Positions 1 to 15,118 of a stretch of DNA of 64,000 nucleotides are shown piece by piece (the stretch's first letter is position 1; the number at the start of each line of letters is the position of its first letter). This DNA comes from Eledone cirrhosa (taxonomy: Eukaryota): assembly GCA_964016885.1 (NCBI GenBank), contig OZ024743.1, positions 108,190,001 to 108,254,000 of the forward strand. The letters run 5' to 3'. The translations under genes were made by a program, and so were the position numbers. A model generated the notes under the pieces. It made no database searches and had not been told where the DNA came from. It saw nothing but the letters and a program-made list of their open reading frames with translations.

Positions 1-421
1 CAAAGCCACTGCCAAAATATGCCAAAAAGGGAATTTAAAAGCAGGCTAGTTCACCTCGTCCGTAATTATGAAAATAAACACACATGGAGAGACATGGCTG
101 GTGACGTCAGAATGAGACGAATGTCTATTTATAAGAAACAGCAGTCAAAAACATTCCGAAAGTAATTTACAAAATGTAAGGAGTTCAGCAAAAAAGCAAT
201 ATTATCGCGGTTTAAAAAAAAAGACCGGGATTAGTCACAAATAATTTTAAGCACTCTAGGAAGAAATTCCGAGTATAAATATAAATGAAAATATAGACAT
301 TAATGTGAGCAAGAAGACAATATATATATATCTATATATATATATGTGTGTGGGGGGGGGGGGGGGTGTGCGTGAGCGGTAGTGTATGTGTTTGTGAGTG
401 TACATGCATGTGTACATCCAT

Positions 422-637
422 ACTAAAGCTAAAGTCTACGTGACTTGTGTATTGTCTTCCATACTGTACGCTAATGCGATGTGGGTTACTAACCGGAAGC
501 ATCTAAAACAGCTGGAGCATTTTCACCAACAGTGCGGTCGGCGAATATTGGGTCTACATTGGAGGATGTATGCTTGTGGTATTGAGATCCTTAACAGAAA
601 TCACTGTCAGAATAACGAGTCGATTATCTTGCAACAT
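422..637 (+). pseudogene. RTE/BovB-like LINE ORF fragment (region C-terminal to the RT domain)
   Basis: Translation TKAKVYVTCVLSSILYANAMWVTNRKHLKQLEHFHQQCGRRILGLHW resembles the RTE-clade motif TKxxVYxxxVLxxLLYGxExW...HxxxLxxFHxRCLRxILxIxW; flanked by microsatellites. Confidence 0.75.
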
Positions 638-688
638 ACACGCACACATATATATACATATATACATATATACATATATACATATGCG

Positions 689-725
<37 letters not shown>

Positions 726-1026
726 ATGTTAAATATATATGTATAGTCATGCATTCGTACATGCATACATACATACTTAGTCTCCACAACATAGTGTGGA
801 TGTACAACTATCCTGAGAACCAGAATAGCACTCCGATTGCAAAGCAAACGGATTTATTTTTTTAGAACGGGAAGTGGATTTGAGGACAACAAATTTCGTC
901 TACACATCCTCCACCATCCCCACCATTTACGTTTGTCATTATTGTTTGTATCAGTGTTGTGGTATTATTATTGTCGTTGTTGCTGCTATGTTCACCCTCA
1001 AGTAGCGGGAAACTAGACCAGAAAGG

Positions 1027-1143
<117 letters not shown>

Positions 1144-1445
1144 ATTAACAAACATTTAAAAGGACAACTAGAAAAAAGAAACAAAACCTGGCCACTTGTC
1201 AGTATCGCCACCTTACGTTTGCAAGAGTAAAGAATCATTAATGCTTGACAGGGAGCCATTTTGAATGTTGTTGCTGGTGCTCATATTGCATTTGTGTCTG
1301 ACTCTTTTGTTTTATGTATTTAGATTTGTTTTTGTATGTTGTATGTTTTTGCCACATTTATTGGCATTTCTCTTGATATTGTTTTAGTTTGAGATATGTT
1401 AAAGTTGTAGCAATTCTATAGCTATGAATGTGTTTGGCTATGTAA

Positions 1446-1494
<49 letters not shown>

Positions 1495-2195
1495 ATGATG
1501 CATATATATTTGTATGTCTGTGAGTGTGTGTGGTGTGTGGGTGGTATGTGGAGGAGTGTGTTGAAAACATTGTTAAAACAGCTAATGGGAAAAACACAAG
1601 GTTTTTAACAAGGAGTTCGGGCGAGAAAAACCTTACTAAGGTACACCGGATTGGGCTCGTGTCAGGGTTGGATTAATTCCCTCCGTTTCAAAAGAGTGGG
1701 TTTGCATGTGAATGGGGAAGAGATAAATTGCTAAGTTACAGCATTTTGGGAGATCTGGGGAGTTAAAGAGGCCAAAAGAGAAAGAGAACATGTGTGTGTC
1801 TACGTGTGTGTGTTTTTGTGTGCGTATGAGGATGTGTGTGTGTAGAGGAATAAAAATAATTGGACGAATGATTTTTCATGCACCAGGACCTTCTCGAAAT
1901 AGAAACCAAATGTTCCTTAAATTAACCATGGTAAAATCCATTGTTTACTGTGGCATGATAAACGTAATTTCTAGATACACCTTTCTTCATAGGTCTGCTA
2001 TTGCAAACTGTCCTAGGGTTTAACCGCATCAGCAGGTACATACACGTACATACCTATATACATTGATGTGTGATTGCGCCTGATATTCTGTCCACAAACA
2101 TTTAGACTGGAGCCGCTTGCGTTTCTTTGTATTCTTGCCTTTTAAGCTAATGATGTTCATATACACATATACCCATATCCCTACGTACATACACT

Positions 2196-2326
<131 letters not shown>

Positions 2327-3535
2327 TCGCACGTGTTTTTTATACCGTTTACAATAGAAGTAGACAGACTTAGCCTGCAAGTGCAACGATGTGATGTAAT
2401 ATATACTTTGTTCATATATTATAATTTAATCCTCAACATATAATGTGCTCTAATACCGTCATCAGGCTATTAATTCTAGGTTGATGGAAAATCAGTTAAA
2501 TTGACTCCTGTTCATGACTGGTACCTTTATATCCACTCTGGAAAGATGAAAGGAGAAGTTGGCCACAGTAATTATCAGCATATATCTAGGTCCATACAAA
2601 TCTAATAAGGGAACTAGGACACATGTAACCCATGCAAATCTAATAAACTACCTAAGCCACAAGTCGTCTATGCGCAGCTAATATGGGAGCTAGTGTAGAT
2701 GTGAAGTGTGGGCAATTGACATTTGTCATATTCGATGTTGGGCCAGATTTGAAAGTAAGTTTTATTATTTTATTAATCGGTACTAAATACATATGGTTTG
2801 TCTGTGGACCACAAATGTTTGAGGATGTCCATAGAAGTAATACTACGATGGATATCACTTGCAATGGAGTATGACTTGGAGTATGAGGGTTTTAGATGTG
2901 CATGCTCTCCTCGAGCACACAACCTTTCTCTCCAGCCTTATTCCCTTGATCCAGTGAAGCATCTAAGATAAAACAGCATAAATAAGAGAGGAGTACAAAA
3001 GCACTGGGATGGTAATTACTTTATCGTTCAGGAAACGATGAAAGACAAACTGGACTACGGTGTGGGGGAACTCAAAACGCCGAAACCCGCAACACGTATC
3101 TAACGACCTAACGAGCTGCTAAGCCTAGATGCAACAGAATAAAGTAAAGAACGATTTATAAACAAGATACGTGCATCTAACAATGGGATTAAGTTTCATG
3201 AAAATTGGAACATTGGGTTAACTGTGTTTTCGTCTGAACATGATTGTACAGTCACAATAATATTCGGCTTCTTTAGACTGATACCACTTTGCAGCATTAC
3301 GACGTTGCACTGCTTGAAAAGAATAAAATAGCATCTGCACTGTCAATTGATTCGACATTTTAAGGTCTTATCAGCTCTAAGCCGCATTAAATCAGAGCAG
3401 TAATGAATGTAGTTAGATTATTTTTGTCTTTTACATTAAATTGCAAACGAAATATATATACGCATCACATTTAGAACAGTTTATTTATGAGGGAACACAC
3501 ACATACACACACACACATACACAGCCCATACGCAC

Positions 3536-3610
<75 letters not shown>

Positions 3611-4060
3611 ACACACCACGCACACAAAACACACACAACACACACATACATACACACACATACATGCATAAACGCACATACACACACATGCACGCACGAA
3701 CATACACACACACACGCACACACACACACACATATACACAGCATAAAACACTCCACCCACTCTAATATCAGATATGGTATCATGTATGAAAGTATGTTAC
3801 TAACATAATGATATTCACCAAGTTTAATCTCGAAAACACTTCTGAAATTTAAAGGCTCTCTAAATGCGAGATTGGAATGGAAATTCTTTGATGTCCATTG
3901 CCGGCAAAATTATAGGATGTGAGATGATCTCGGAAATAGATGTACGTTATAAAACTGTGTATGTATTCAGACACATACATAAATACATACTTGCAGGCAT
4001 ACATTATATACAGCGTGCTTTTATGAGCTTGTGTGTGTATATAGTAGCAACAACAACAAC

Positions 4061-4195
<135 letters not shown>

Positions 4196-5691
4196 GTTGG
4201 TTGTGGTGGGAGGAGTGTTCTACAGCATCTCAGAACTTATTTCCAAATCGGTAGACAGAGCCGGTAACATATAAGTAACTTGCAGAGAGACATGCATATA
4301 GGTTAGTGTTTGCGCGTGTATGTATGTGAGTGTGTATTTCTACATAGGATTTTAATATAGTGACATATATTCGTGTTTCTTTCGCTTTTTAATGTGTCAC
4401 GTTTTTATTACATGATATGAAACACACACATACAAAATGCATACATACATTCATATGTGTGTCTGTTTGTGTGTGTGCGTGCGTGTGTGTGAATGTCTGT
4501 GTATGATTATACATAAGTGATAACGGCGAGTTTGTGCCATTACCAGTGGAAATTGAAGGAAACATTTTCGCTTACAATCATTTGAAATAGCTCAACAACA
4601 TCAAATTTTATTGAAGAGATAAGAATCACTAAATCAGCGATGCATAACGAAAACGCGTGAAATTCACACAACTTTTAAGCTTGCTGAAGTATTTCCAAAT
4701 ATGTTGTTTGGCATCGTTATCACATGTATTTACTTAATACATAATATAAATACATCTAAATAAATAATCTTTACCTGTTTCAAATTATTCTACGACTAGG
4801 TTAGCATCAAACAAGGAGAAAAAACAAAAAAAATCGAAAAATAGAAAACACCACTAGCATGTACTGTTAATCTCCCTGGACTATTGGTGTTTAGATAGAC
4901 AATTATTAGCAAATTAACTCTATTTGTATGAATATGCATACATCAACACACGCACACATACGTTTATACATAATATCTATATATAGCATCTGCATATATC
5001 ATCTACATTATACATGTTCCGTAAACAGCTCCACTTAACATCTCCCGTGGTATACAGTAAGCAACTCCAGCATACATATCCACATATTATCTACAATAAT
5101 CTACAAGCGTGAACATCTCCAGGATATATATGCATATAATCATCGCCACATCTGCACCACACAACTTTAGTAAACTTCTACAGAAAACATCTACAGTATA
5201 TATCTTTATATAATAACTCTAGTAAACATACATGGAAAACGACTCTAGTAAATATTTTCAAATAATATCAGGAGTAAGCATCATCACATAACAGCTTCAG
5301 TAAACATCTATAATAAATATCTTTAGTAAACATTTACATATAACAATCCCGGTAAACATCTAGAGTATTTTTTTCTAAACATCTATGTATATCATCTTCC
5401 CATTTCTTCACAAAAAAACTAATGTACATATAGACGACCAACTACAAACAATAATTGAATTTCCGTTCATCAACCCACTCTGCAGCTGGAAAGCCTAATG
5501 GATAATGGACGTGTACATACCATTACAGTTCTACAAGAGTGGCACAAGCTTAAATTTGTAGAGAGTAAGTAACTAAATGTTGAGATCTGAAATATTTTCT
5601 GACCTTGGACGAAGTGAAATTCCATTCTTTGAAATATAGACTTTTCTGTCTCCTAATAATTGTAGCTATCACCCTACATATCATTATTGTA

Positions 5692-5879
5692 GTGGATTGG
5701 CAGTATCGGTAGAAGGTCGGACGCCATGCTTTGTGGTATAGAGGTACGGCCCTTGCCATTCTGAGTTCAAATCCCGCCGAGGTTAACTTTGCCTTTCATC
5801 ATTATGGAGTCGATAAAATAAGGTACCATTGATGCACTAGGTAATTGCTGGCCTTGTGCCAAAGGTAGAAACAATTATT
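5692..5879 (+). mobile_element. SINE family 1 (tRNA-type), full length
   Basis: Head GTGGATTGGCAGTATCGGTAG (A-box-like), GAGTTCAAATCC (B-box-like), body GCCGAGGTTAACTTTGCCTTTCATC, tail GCCTTGTGCCAAAGGTAGAAACAATTATT; many copies in the window. Confidence 0.9.
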
Positions 5880-5886
5880 GTATATA

Positions 5887-6077
5887 CGTTGGATTGGCAG
5901 TATCAGTAGATAGTCGGACCCCATGCTTTGCAGCAAAGAGTTACGGCCCTTTATGATCTGAGTTCAAATCTCGCCGAGGTTAACTTTTCCTTTCATCCTT
6001 ACGGAGTCGATAAAATAAAGTACCAGTAATTCACTGAAGAAATTGCAGGCCTTGTGCCAAAAGTAGAAACAATTATT
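5887..6077 (+). mobile_element. SINE family 1, second head-to-tail copy
   Basis: Same sequence; flanked by ATTATTGTATATA at 5874-5886 and 6072-6084. Confidence 0.9.
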
Positions 6078-6187
6078 GTATATATTGATCTAGAATTGTT
6101 GAAACTCGGACGTGGGGAGATCCGAACTACTCTGTTACCTGGGAGTGATTACATATCCAAGAGATGTAGCTTCACCGCTGACTCACA

Positions 6188-6393
6188 TAATAATTGTTTC
6201 TCTTTAGGCACAAGGCCAGCAATTTGGGGGAGGGGGGGAACTCGATTAAATCGACCCATGTGCATTATTGCTGCTTTATTTGATCGACCCCGTAAGGATG
6301 AAAGGCAAAGCTACTCTCGGCGTGATTTGATACCGTAAAGGGGCGAAACCCTAAGCCAGAAAGCATATTGTCTACCGATACTGTCAATCCACT
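6188..6393 (-). mobile_element. SINE family 1, longer variant
   Basis: Reverse-complement copy with an extra TTGGGGGAGGGGGGGAACTCGATTAAATCGACCC segment. Confidence 0.85.
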
Positions 6394-6680
6394 AGCCTAG
6401 TAATAAAAATAATAATGATAATAATAATATATGAATAAAGTAAACAAATACGTTTCTACTTTATCACTTTCAGAATTCCATTTAAACCCTGTTAGAACAT
6501 AATGGAATTCAAAACAACGAAAATAAAACAAAACGATAAACATATATGATTTTTTCACTTAAATAGAGAAGAATCAATAGACACAACATACTCAAATTCA
6601 AAGATTGAGCCTCTGTTATGCGTTTGATATGCTATAAATGGTGACCATATCTCTTGTAAATTATACTTTATTATTTTAAT

Positions 6681-6784
6681 GCCGAGGTTAACTTTGCCTT
6701 TCATCCTTACGGGGTCGATAAAATAAAGTGCCAGTAATGCACTGGGTATTTGCTGGCCTTGTGCCAAAAGTAGAAACAATTATT
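6681..6784 (+). mobile_element. SINE family 1, 5'-truncated
   Basis: 3' half of the SINE; TSD ATTATTTTAAT at 6670-6680 and 6779-6789. Confidence 0.9.
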
Positions 6785-7768
6785 TTAATAGAGAAAATAC
6801 ACATTGTATAATATTGTCATCACATATAATATATCAGTAAAACTAAAACATGCAGCCAACACAACTGACATGAGCATAAGGAACAACACCTAATTCAGTT
6901 AAACAGTATATATAACAAATAGCTATTTTCATGGACACAGAACGTGAAATAGCGAGAGCAGTCGATCAACGAATAAAATGCATTGTGATTATTTATTCCA
7001 GCATTTGAACCCATAATATAAAGGATGTGAACACATATCTCAAGGTATTCTCTTTCCAACAATATTGCATGGTAACCCGGTACTTTATTTATCGACCAAC
7101 ATATCACGAATGACATGATCAATAAATAAAGTACCAGATTACCCTGGAAGATTGTTGGAAAGAGGATAACTTGAGATATGTGTTTAAATTCTTTGTATAC
7201 TGGGGTAAAATGCCCTGAATCATGGTGGGCAGGAAGACACAATGAAGGTTAATGGAACACCAGCATGTACACAACTGCTGTACTAATCCCGCTGGGTACT
7301 ACTTATCCATCAACTTGCTCAACATTACCACCTGGCTACTGCAAGCCTACTATAACTCGAGCTAGGTTTGAAGTTTGAAAATCCCTTCAAATTTCCCTCC
7401 CACAAATCTCGGAGGCCATGAAAAGATTTATGAGAACTAGACGTCTCTATTTGAGGAAACAGCAAAAAGCAATAAAACGCTTGTCATCTCATCGCTTTTA
7501 TATATTTATACAATGTAAATAATTCATCTTTGACGAACAAATATCTTTTAAATGCTCTCCCATCTATCTCTATATATTCATTCACCTTCCTCACCCTATT
7601 GCTCAATTCATCATCCCTCCGCCAACAACACTTTTTCCACTTGACCTTTGTTGACCTCGGTGTGAACAATACAGCCTACACACTGTTTCTTTATACAGTA
7701 AAGTTGAGTTGATTTCGTAAATTGCAAGCAAAATCACGCACACACCTGCATATATGGTTAATGAAAAG

Positions 7769-7894
<126 letters not shown>

Positions 7895-8222
7895 GAGGGT
7901 CAGCTAAAAAGTACATAGTCTGGACCAATGCACTCTCATTGAATGACAATGTGTCGTCTTCAGTGGTTAAGAACATTTGTACAAATGGAGTGAGTTGCAA
8001 AGTTTTGTTTCAAAATACCACCCTAACAAAGGTGTTGCGAGCCGTGTTGTTAACATGTTTAATGACAACTCTTTCTTACATTTGAAACACATTTTAAAGC
8101 GGAGACAAAAGCAAATCTCTGTGGATATATTTATAGGGAGATGGGATCCAATTAGTCTCAAGTGGGGTCTAGAGGCACAAAGAGATAGAGAACGGAAAAA
8201 AAACCCAGAAAATGAATTAGTA

Positions 8223-8394
8223 TAGGCACAAGGCCAGTCATTTTGGGAGAAGGGAAAGTCGATGAAATCAACCCCCAGTAAAGATGAAAGGCAAAGTTAA
8301 CTTCGGCGGGATTTGAAATGTAGCCGTCAAGAGCCATAACTCTATGCTGCGAAGCATTGTGTCCGAATCAACCAATACTGCCAATCCACCGCCC
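8223..8394 (-). mobile_element. SINE family 1, diverged long variant
   Basis: TAGGCACAAGGCCAG...GATGAAAGGCAAAGTTAACTTCGGCGGGATTTGAA...ATACTGCCAATCCACCGCCC. Confidence 0.8.
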
Positions 8395-8544
8395 TTCCTC
8401 TTTCAAATAATAAAACACATCCTCCCTCCCCACCTCACCGTCATACATATGCCAACAGGAGTTTTCAAGAAAAGTAAAGTGAAGTTCTATTTATTTGTTA
8501 TTTATATTTTTTATTGTTTTATGCATGTAAAACTATAGTTATTC

Positions 8545-8702
8545 TGTATAAAATGTATTTTTTTGTTAATATTTCGGGTGTGAGGAGCGGATTAATTGGG
8601 TTTATATTGTCTTATGGGAAATATTACCTCAGTTTTCGTACATTTCGTTTTTCGACCGACTTTCTGGAACTGGTTATGGCCGATAACCGTGATTCCACTG
8701 TA
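8545..8702. mobile_element. Tigger/pogo-like DNA transposon terminus
   Basis: Ends ...GATAACCGTGATTCCACTG|TA and contains TCTTATGGGAAA, reminiscent of Tigger ends; partner end not found. Confidence 0.4.
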
Positions 8703-9822
8703 TAGTTAGCTATCTAACTTCCTACCCACGTACTTATATGCATTCCGACCTACCGTCAATCCATCCACACCTATATGTAAGTTCGGATTCGTCTTTTCTT
8801 GTCTATGTATATGTTTACCTGTGTAAACCTGAGTGCACTTCTTTCTGTCAAAAGTTTAGCTTCACGATTCAGTAGATGGAGTAGAACTCTATAAGAATAA
8901 TTAGCAGCAGAACAAGCTCAGCCTGATTCATAATAGAGATGTATATGGAAGTATTTGCACTATATCTACAGCGAGGCGTATTGATGTTTATTAGAGATTA
9001 ATATGTTTTATATGCATTCATATCAACCTCTACCATTGAGAAATAACTAATGGGTTCGATCAGATCGGCTAACCGCCAGTCCTTAAATAAAATCGTGAAG
9101 AAGGTATTTACGAATAGTTGCAATGCAATGAATGAAAGCAGCAGAGTAATAACAGAATACACAATTAAAGAAATAGAAAATTGTGAAAACATATCAGTGA
9201 AAAACAGAGTGGATGTTAACAACCAGGTAACACAATTGAAAATACACAGCTTCAGTTGTACACGAGAATCTGGCCACGCCTTCTTCATATAAAACATTCG
9301 GGAACAACATAATACCCGGGTAATAATAGAACAATGCTCAGTAGGCGGTTATATCGTTCGGGTATGTAGATGGATGCGTCACCTCTCCACACCACTAACA
9401 CTACACCGCTTACTTTCACCCGCCTGTCTCACTATAATTAAAGGAAAGTTTTAAATGTGCGCATGTGTTTGTTCATGTGAATGTGTGTGAAGGAGAAGAG
9501 AAATGTTATTTACCCACAGACAGATGCACACTCGCACATATACATTATATGAGTTTACTCACATACACACACATATACATAATTACTGGTATGCTACCAC
9601 TATTGTCCATTTCCCGCCTACAACCAGAATGTTACTCTACACCTTTCTTGGTGTGCATGTGGTGTGTGTGGTGTATGTGCGCAAGGAGTGTGCCCGATTG
9701 TACGCATCCGTACGTGTAACCATGCACACGTGGCTGGGTATATCACATATTGTGTCTTCAGGGTTAATAGCTTCAGCTGCGAAATATATTTTATAAAAAT
9801 AATTGAAAAGATTTGTATGTGC

Positions 9823-9894
<72 letters not shown>

Positions 9895-9935
9895 ATATTA
9901 ACAAATGTAAATTATATTTATAAAATCATATTTAT

Positions 9936-9997
9936 TTCATTATACATATTTCAAGGGCCACCAGAGCAAATTATGGTGCGCTTTCATCAGATAAAAT
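9936..9997 (-). ncRNA. Degenerate hammerhead-like motif
   Basis: Minus strand reads CUGAUGA-AAGCGCACCA...UGGUGGCCCUU-GAAA-UAUG-UA; core intact but stem I does not pair well. Confidence 0.35.
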
Positions 9998-10050
9998 ATA
10001 ATATACTTTAGTTTTATAAATAAATATTGACAACAAATTAAATATAACGT

Positions 10051-10125
<75 letters not shown>

Positions 10126-10151
10126 CTTCTCGGCTCACAGACACACAGACA

Positions 10152-10218
<67 letters not shown>

Positions 10219-10237
10219 CTTCTCGGCTCACAGACAC

Positions 10238-10349
<112 letters not shown>

Positions 10350-10859
10350 GTGTGTATGTATGTCTGTGTGTCTGTGAGCCGGGAAGATTTATTTAAACAC
10401 TGAGGTAAACCGTCTCATTCTATAAACACACCCCGAATAAGAAATCGAGAAAAGAAATCAGAAAGTAGTTGTAATATCTAAATAACAATAATTTCATTGT
10501 TGAAACACCCACAAAGAGAATGGAGTAAATGATTCACTAACACACAGGGTGTATGACAACGTATTTATATTGTTAGATATATTTTTTCTAATCTTATTAT
10601 ACTCTTGTATTCTTTGTGTAGCGCTAGTTTTATCCTCTGTTTTTCACCCTTCTTTTTTCTGCTCCATTTCAAGGACATGTCATATTATGTTTTATAACGT
10701 TGCATGTATTGGATGTATGGATGGATGTGTGTGTGTGTGTGTGTGTGTTTGTCTGTGTGTGTGTATATTTGTGTGCTTGCGTATCTCAGTAAGAATGGTT
10801 GAGTTTGTTCAGATAGCTACTGCAGGGACACACGCACAGCTTAGGTGTAGTGGTAGTGG

Positions 10860-11132
10860 CATGGCCGGATTTAATGGGGGCAAATGGGGAAATTGCCCTG
10901 AGTCCTCTGCAGTGGGGAGCTCAATTAGCGACGGGCGTAGCAATTTATTTGTGCCCTCTCCTAGGCTTTTTAATTTTAGGATGTTTAGATTTTTTGGCAT
11001 TTACTACCTGTATGTATAACATTTCAATTCCAATTACTTGTGCCTAACTGATTTTGAAATGTATTCTATTTTGTACATATATCAGTCTCCCCTCCCCAAA
11101 CCTGGTCACCCCAAGGTCTAAATCCGGCTCTG
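10860..11132. mobile_element. hAT-type MITE
   Basis: TIRs CATGGCCGGATTTA / TAAATCCGGCTCTG; perfect 8-bp TSD GGTAGTGG at 10852-10859 and 11133-11140. Confidence 0.85.
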
Positions 11133-11235
11133 GGTAGTGGTAGCTTAAAGTAAAATGATAGGTGGTAGTTTCGTTTTTCACAAATACCTCCCCGCGTGTA
11201 TACATGCAACACACACACACTACGTATTAGACACC

Positions 11236-11286
<51 letters not shown>

Positions 11287-14200
11287 CAGAGAGAGAATTC
11301 ACAGGAATCAAAGCTATGTTCAAACATTTATTCACTTACAATTGTTTCATCCAAACCTAGGCTTGGTAGCTTCGGAGCATTTTTTCAATGTTTGTACATA
11401 TAATTGACCTCCTATCCAACGCAAGAGACATACAGATACATATATATATATATATACTGATGTACAGTGGAGTGACATATATTATACTATACTATATTTG
11501 TACAGCAATTCAAATTAATATCAAAATCAAAATTTAAATTTAAATTAAAATACATTCGGCAGATAACACAGATAATGCAAGAGGATAGTTTGATAGTCAG
11601 ATCTAGTAGGTAGTGTATGGACCATGCAAGTGTGTCTCATTTATATACGATTATTGTGTGGCAAGGTGTTACATATAATGCAAGCACTTTAAGCGGGTAA
11701 GCAAGAGTATTATGATGGTTGTAGTGGTAGGGTATTTTTGATCTATTTATCTTACTGGTAATAAGGTAGTAATAAATTACTGACCTTCCCTGTTTATAGT
11801 TTAAAATATACATAACTATAAAAAGTTTAAAATATACATAACTATAAATAGTAACCTTAATATTATATATATATATATAGTAATAATAAATTTGAAGACT
11901 AACATCCAAAGAGGGCTCGATAAAGATAAATATATATCAGATATATAAGAACCGTAGAGCAAAATATCTGAATTTTTCTAGATTTTTTTTGAATATATAT
12001 ATAAGTGTGACATTTTGGGCAATTTTCCGTTGCCCCAAATTGACCCATACATCGTGAGTGAAATTTGGGTGTCGGAAACTGTTTAGGTACCCATCAGATG
12101 TGCTCTGTTTGTAACTCACAAGGAAACCCTTAACACACATTGTGCTAATATAAAACTCCCCGAGAATCATATAAAGTATACACCTGTCTATGGAAGCCTC
12201 ACCCATTTACATGCGAATTTTCAGGTTGTTACGTTGAAACTACAACTGAAACATTCTTCCTCGTGTGTGTGTCTGTGTGGGTATCTTTTCCGATCGATGA
12301 ACATAGTTCAAAAGAAAGACAGAAAAATATAGCTAATCGCTTTTAAAAGTAAAACACCACTGTCTTGAATATGTGAAATCTCTTTGAATAAATTCTCTTT
12401 GATACACAATACAGTATTCTATTGATATTCTTTTTATTCGACCAAGTTTGAGCTACTTGAAAATAAAGCAACACTGTTGATTCAAAATGCTCTCGTACCC
12501 TGTTAGAATTAGTGTTTCAAAACTTCCTCAAAGTTTGTATATCCAGTAACTCTAGAAGGTACCATAGAAGAATCATTTTGACATCATGGGCTTATAGATA
12601 TAGTCCTGGCACTGGCATTACTTCATTGCAACATAAGAGGCCACAGAATTGTTATTCTCTCGCCTATATTCCCCCTTCTAATAAAACTACGTAAGTGGTA
12701 GTATTTCATTTTCACAGACGCACCTGAATCTCTGATCACCGCAACGAAATCACGCCATCTCTAAATGGCTCCAATAAGACCACGTCATGACAAGAAATTA
12801 ATGGACTGGCGGGTAAAAGAGGCACTATATTTTAATGCGGCATATGTATGTGCGGCATGAGAGTTACTGTCTACATGTTTGAATCCGTGATTCTATTGAT
12901 ACTATTAAATGTATAGATAAATGTTGTTTGCCGACCTATATATCTTTATATATATAACGGTTTGCTGAAAGTTGAAAAATGCTCAATAACTTAGTAGAGA
13001 AGGTAAATATAAATTCCATATAAAAATGTTTTCTACAAGACTATAAGTTTCATCTGTTTGCAATTATCTGGAAGTTCTTTATCTGTGTTAGTGTTGTTGG
13101 GTGAAGTTTTGAACATATGAAACGATAAGGGCAAATATCTTACATCTAACTATCTATAACTTGGTCGACATTGCGAAGAGATCTGGGTAAGGAAGTAGTT
13201 ACGTAGGTAGAGAGCTCTAAGCTAGGTAGGTTGATAGGCTGGTAGACATGCAAGGTGATCAATAATTAGCTAGGTATACAGAGGTAAAGGAAATTATAAA
13301 GCACCAATTAGTTTAAAGCTAGATTTGTTTGTTTCTTGATTTTCTTTTTATCTTTTTTTTCAACTTCCATTATCGTGCTGGCATCCATATTCGTTTTTCG
13401 GAATAAGATGAATCTAAAGCAGAGACGTCAGTCAACATAATCAACATCCTTCCAAGTAATTTCCTGCAAATGGATATTAAATTAGTAGAAACATTAATTT
13501 GCATGTAATTATGTCGGCCAGCATCGATGGATGATGAAAGGCAATTTTTAGGTATTCCTTAATTGGCAGACGATATAGTCATGCAAGGTCGTATGAGCGA
13601 GTATTTGAATGACAGTCAAAACAAGATGGTAGCCATTCTGAGATGAAAGATATAATCGCTGTGTGTGTGAAGAGAATCTGAGAAGCTGAAGAAGACGTAA
13701 TTACAAAGATAGAAATGGAAGTAAGTAGTAGTAGTAAGGAAAGAAGCAAGAGTTGTATATGAAGACATTAGGGGGGTAATATTGATGGTGGGGAGGATTG
13801 GGAATTGAAGAAAGAAGGAGGAGAGTGTGGAGGAGAAAAAGTAATATATCATTAAAATCTGGATAAAGCTCATTAATCGACAGCCCTTTTTTCGACCTCT
13901 ATTTATTTCATATATACTTTCTTCTTTCCATCTTCCTATGTTATTTCTTAGTTTTTAAAGATTTTTCTCATCGACATCCTTCTTTCCATCATCTCTTCCC
14001 CCTCATTTTTTCACTAACTTCTTTGCTTTCTTTCTATCACTCTTACACAGTGTCAGTCTCATTCTCTCGACACTTCACCGATATATTTCCATTCCTTCTC
14101 TCATTTTCTTTTATTTTGCTTTGTTCGTATTTTTTTTTTCGTCTCACTGAGTTTACACGACTAACAACACCAAATAATTTTTTGTCTGGCCCATCTCTCA

Positions 14201-14372
14201 ACGGATGATGCGGAAATGTCTTGAACGTTTTACCGGAAACATGCGGCATTCGCTCCTCGTTCCATTAATGACACCACCACACCAGAATCATGTCTTCACT
14301 GTCCTCTATACAGCTAATTTTTTTAAAAATTGCCAATGACCCTTGCATATGTATTTTCCTCTTCAATGAGGT

Positions 14373-14511
<139 letters not shown>

Positions 14512-14865
14512 TGTGTGTGTGTGTGAGCGTGCATGTGAATACGCAAGTGTGGAAAAGAGATTGGGACAAGTGCATTCGGTACTGAAAGCAAAATGACATT
14601 TCACAAATCATTACACCGAGTGTTTCATTGCCGATATTCGGTCAAACACAAAATATGATACAACATTAGATTTGGTGCACATAAATATACAGTAAGCATA
14701 GTTTTCTAAGTCAGTTTCAAGTAGTTCCTGTTTCTCTGTAATGTATTCTCGGTAGTATTGAATGAAGATATATTTTTATATAAAAACTCAACGGACACAG
14801 ATTAAGGTTCCAAATTAAGGTGTATGTTTTCCTTTTTTTACTGTGTGCCATTTTCTACTATTTTA

Positions 14866-15118
14866 CGCGTGAAGGGATGTGGTTTAGTGATTCGATTGTT
14901 TGTTTCATGATTGGACAGTCGTGATTTCGATTCCCCGTGGCGCGTTGTGTCCTCAAGCATCCTATCAAGCTCAATCCCACTCGAGAACTAGGTTAATAAT
15001 ATACTTGTCCATGGTCCATGGAATGGTTCAACATTTGCACGTTGATTTCATTAAAAAGCACTTGCGGTGATGAAACAACTGCACTACTCATCAAAGGTAC
15101 CGACGAGGTCCAACAGCT
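14866..15118 (+). mobile_element. SINE family 2, decayed
   Basis: tRNA-like head (TGGTTTAGTGATT...TTCGATTCCC), GCGTTGTGTCCT and TTGCACGTTGATTTCA motifs shared with copies at 25.4, 38.5 and 42.9 kb. Confidence 0.6.

Noticed and set aside
5020-5390. Recurring AGTAAACATCT motif
   Set aside because: Highly degenerate low-complexity repeat with no consistent period or structure.
9050-9292. ORF weakly resembling the C-terminal region of a LINE RT protein
   Set aside because: Similarity too faint to call without a profile search.
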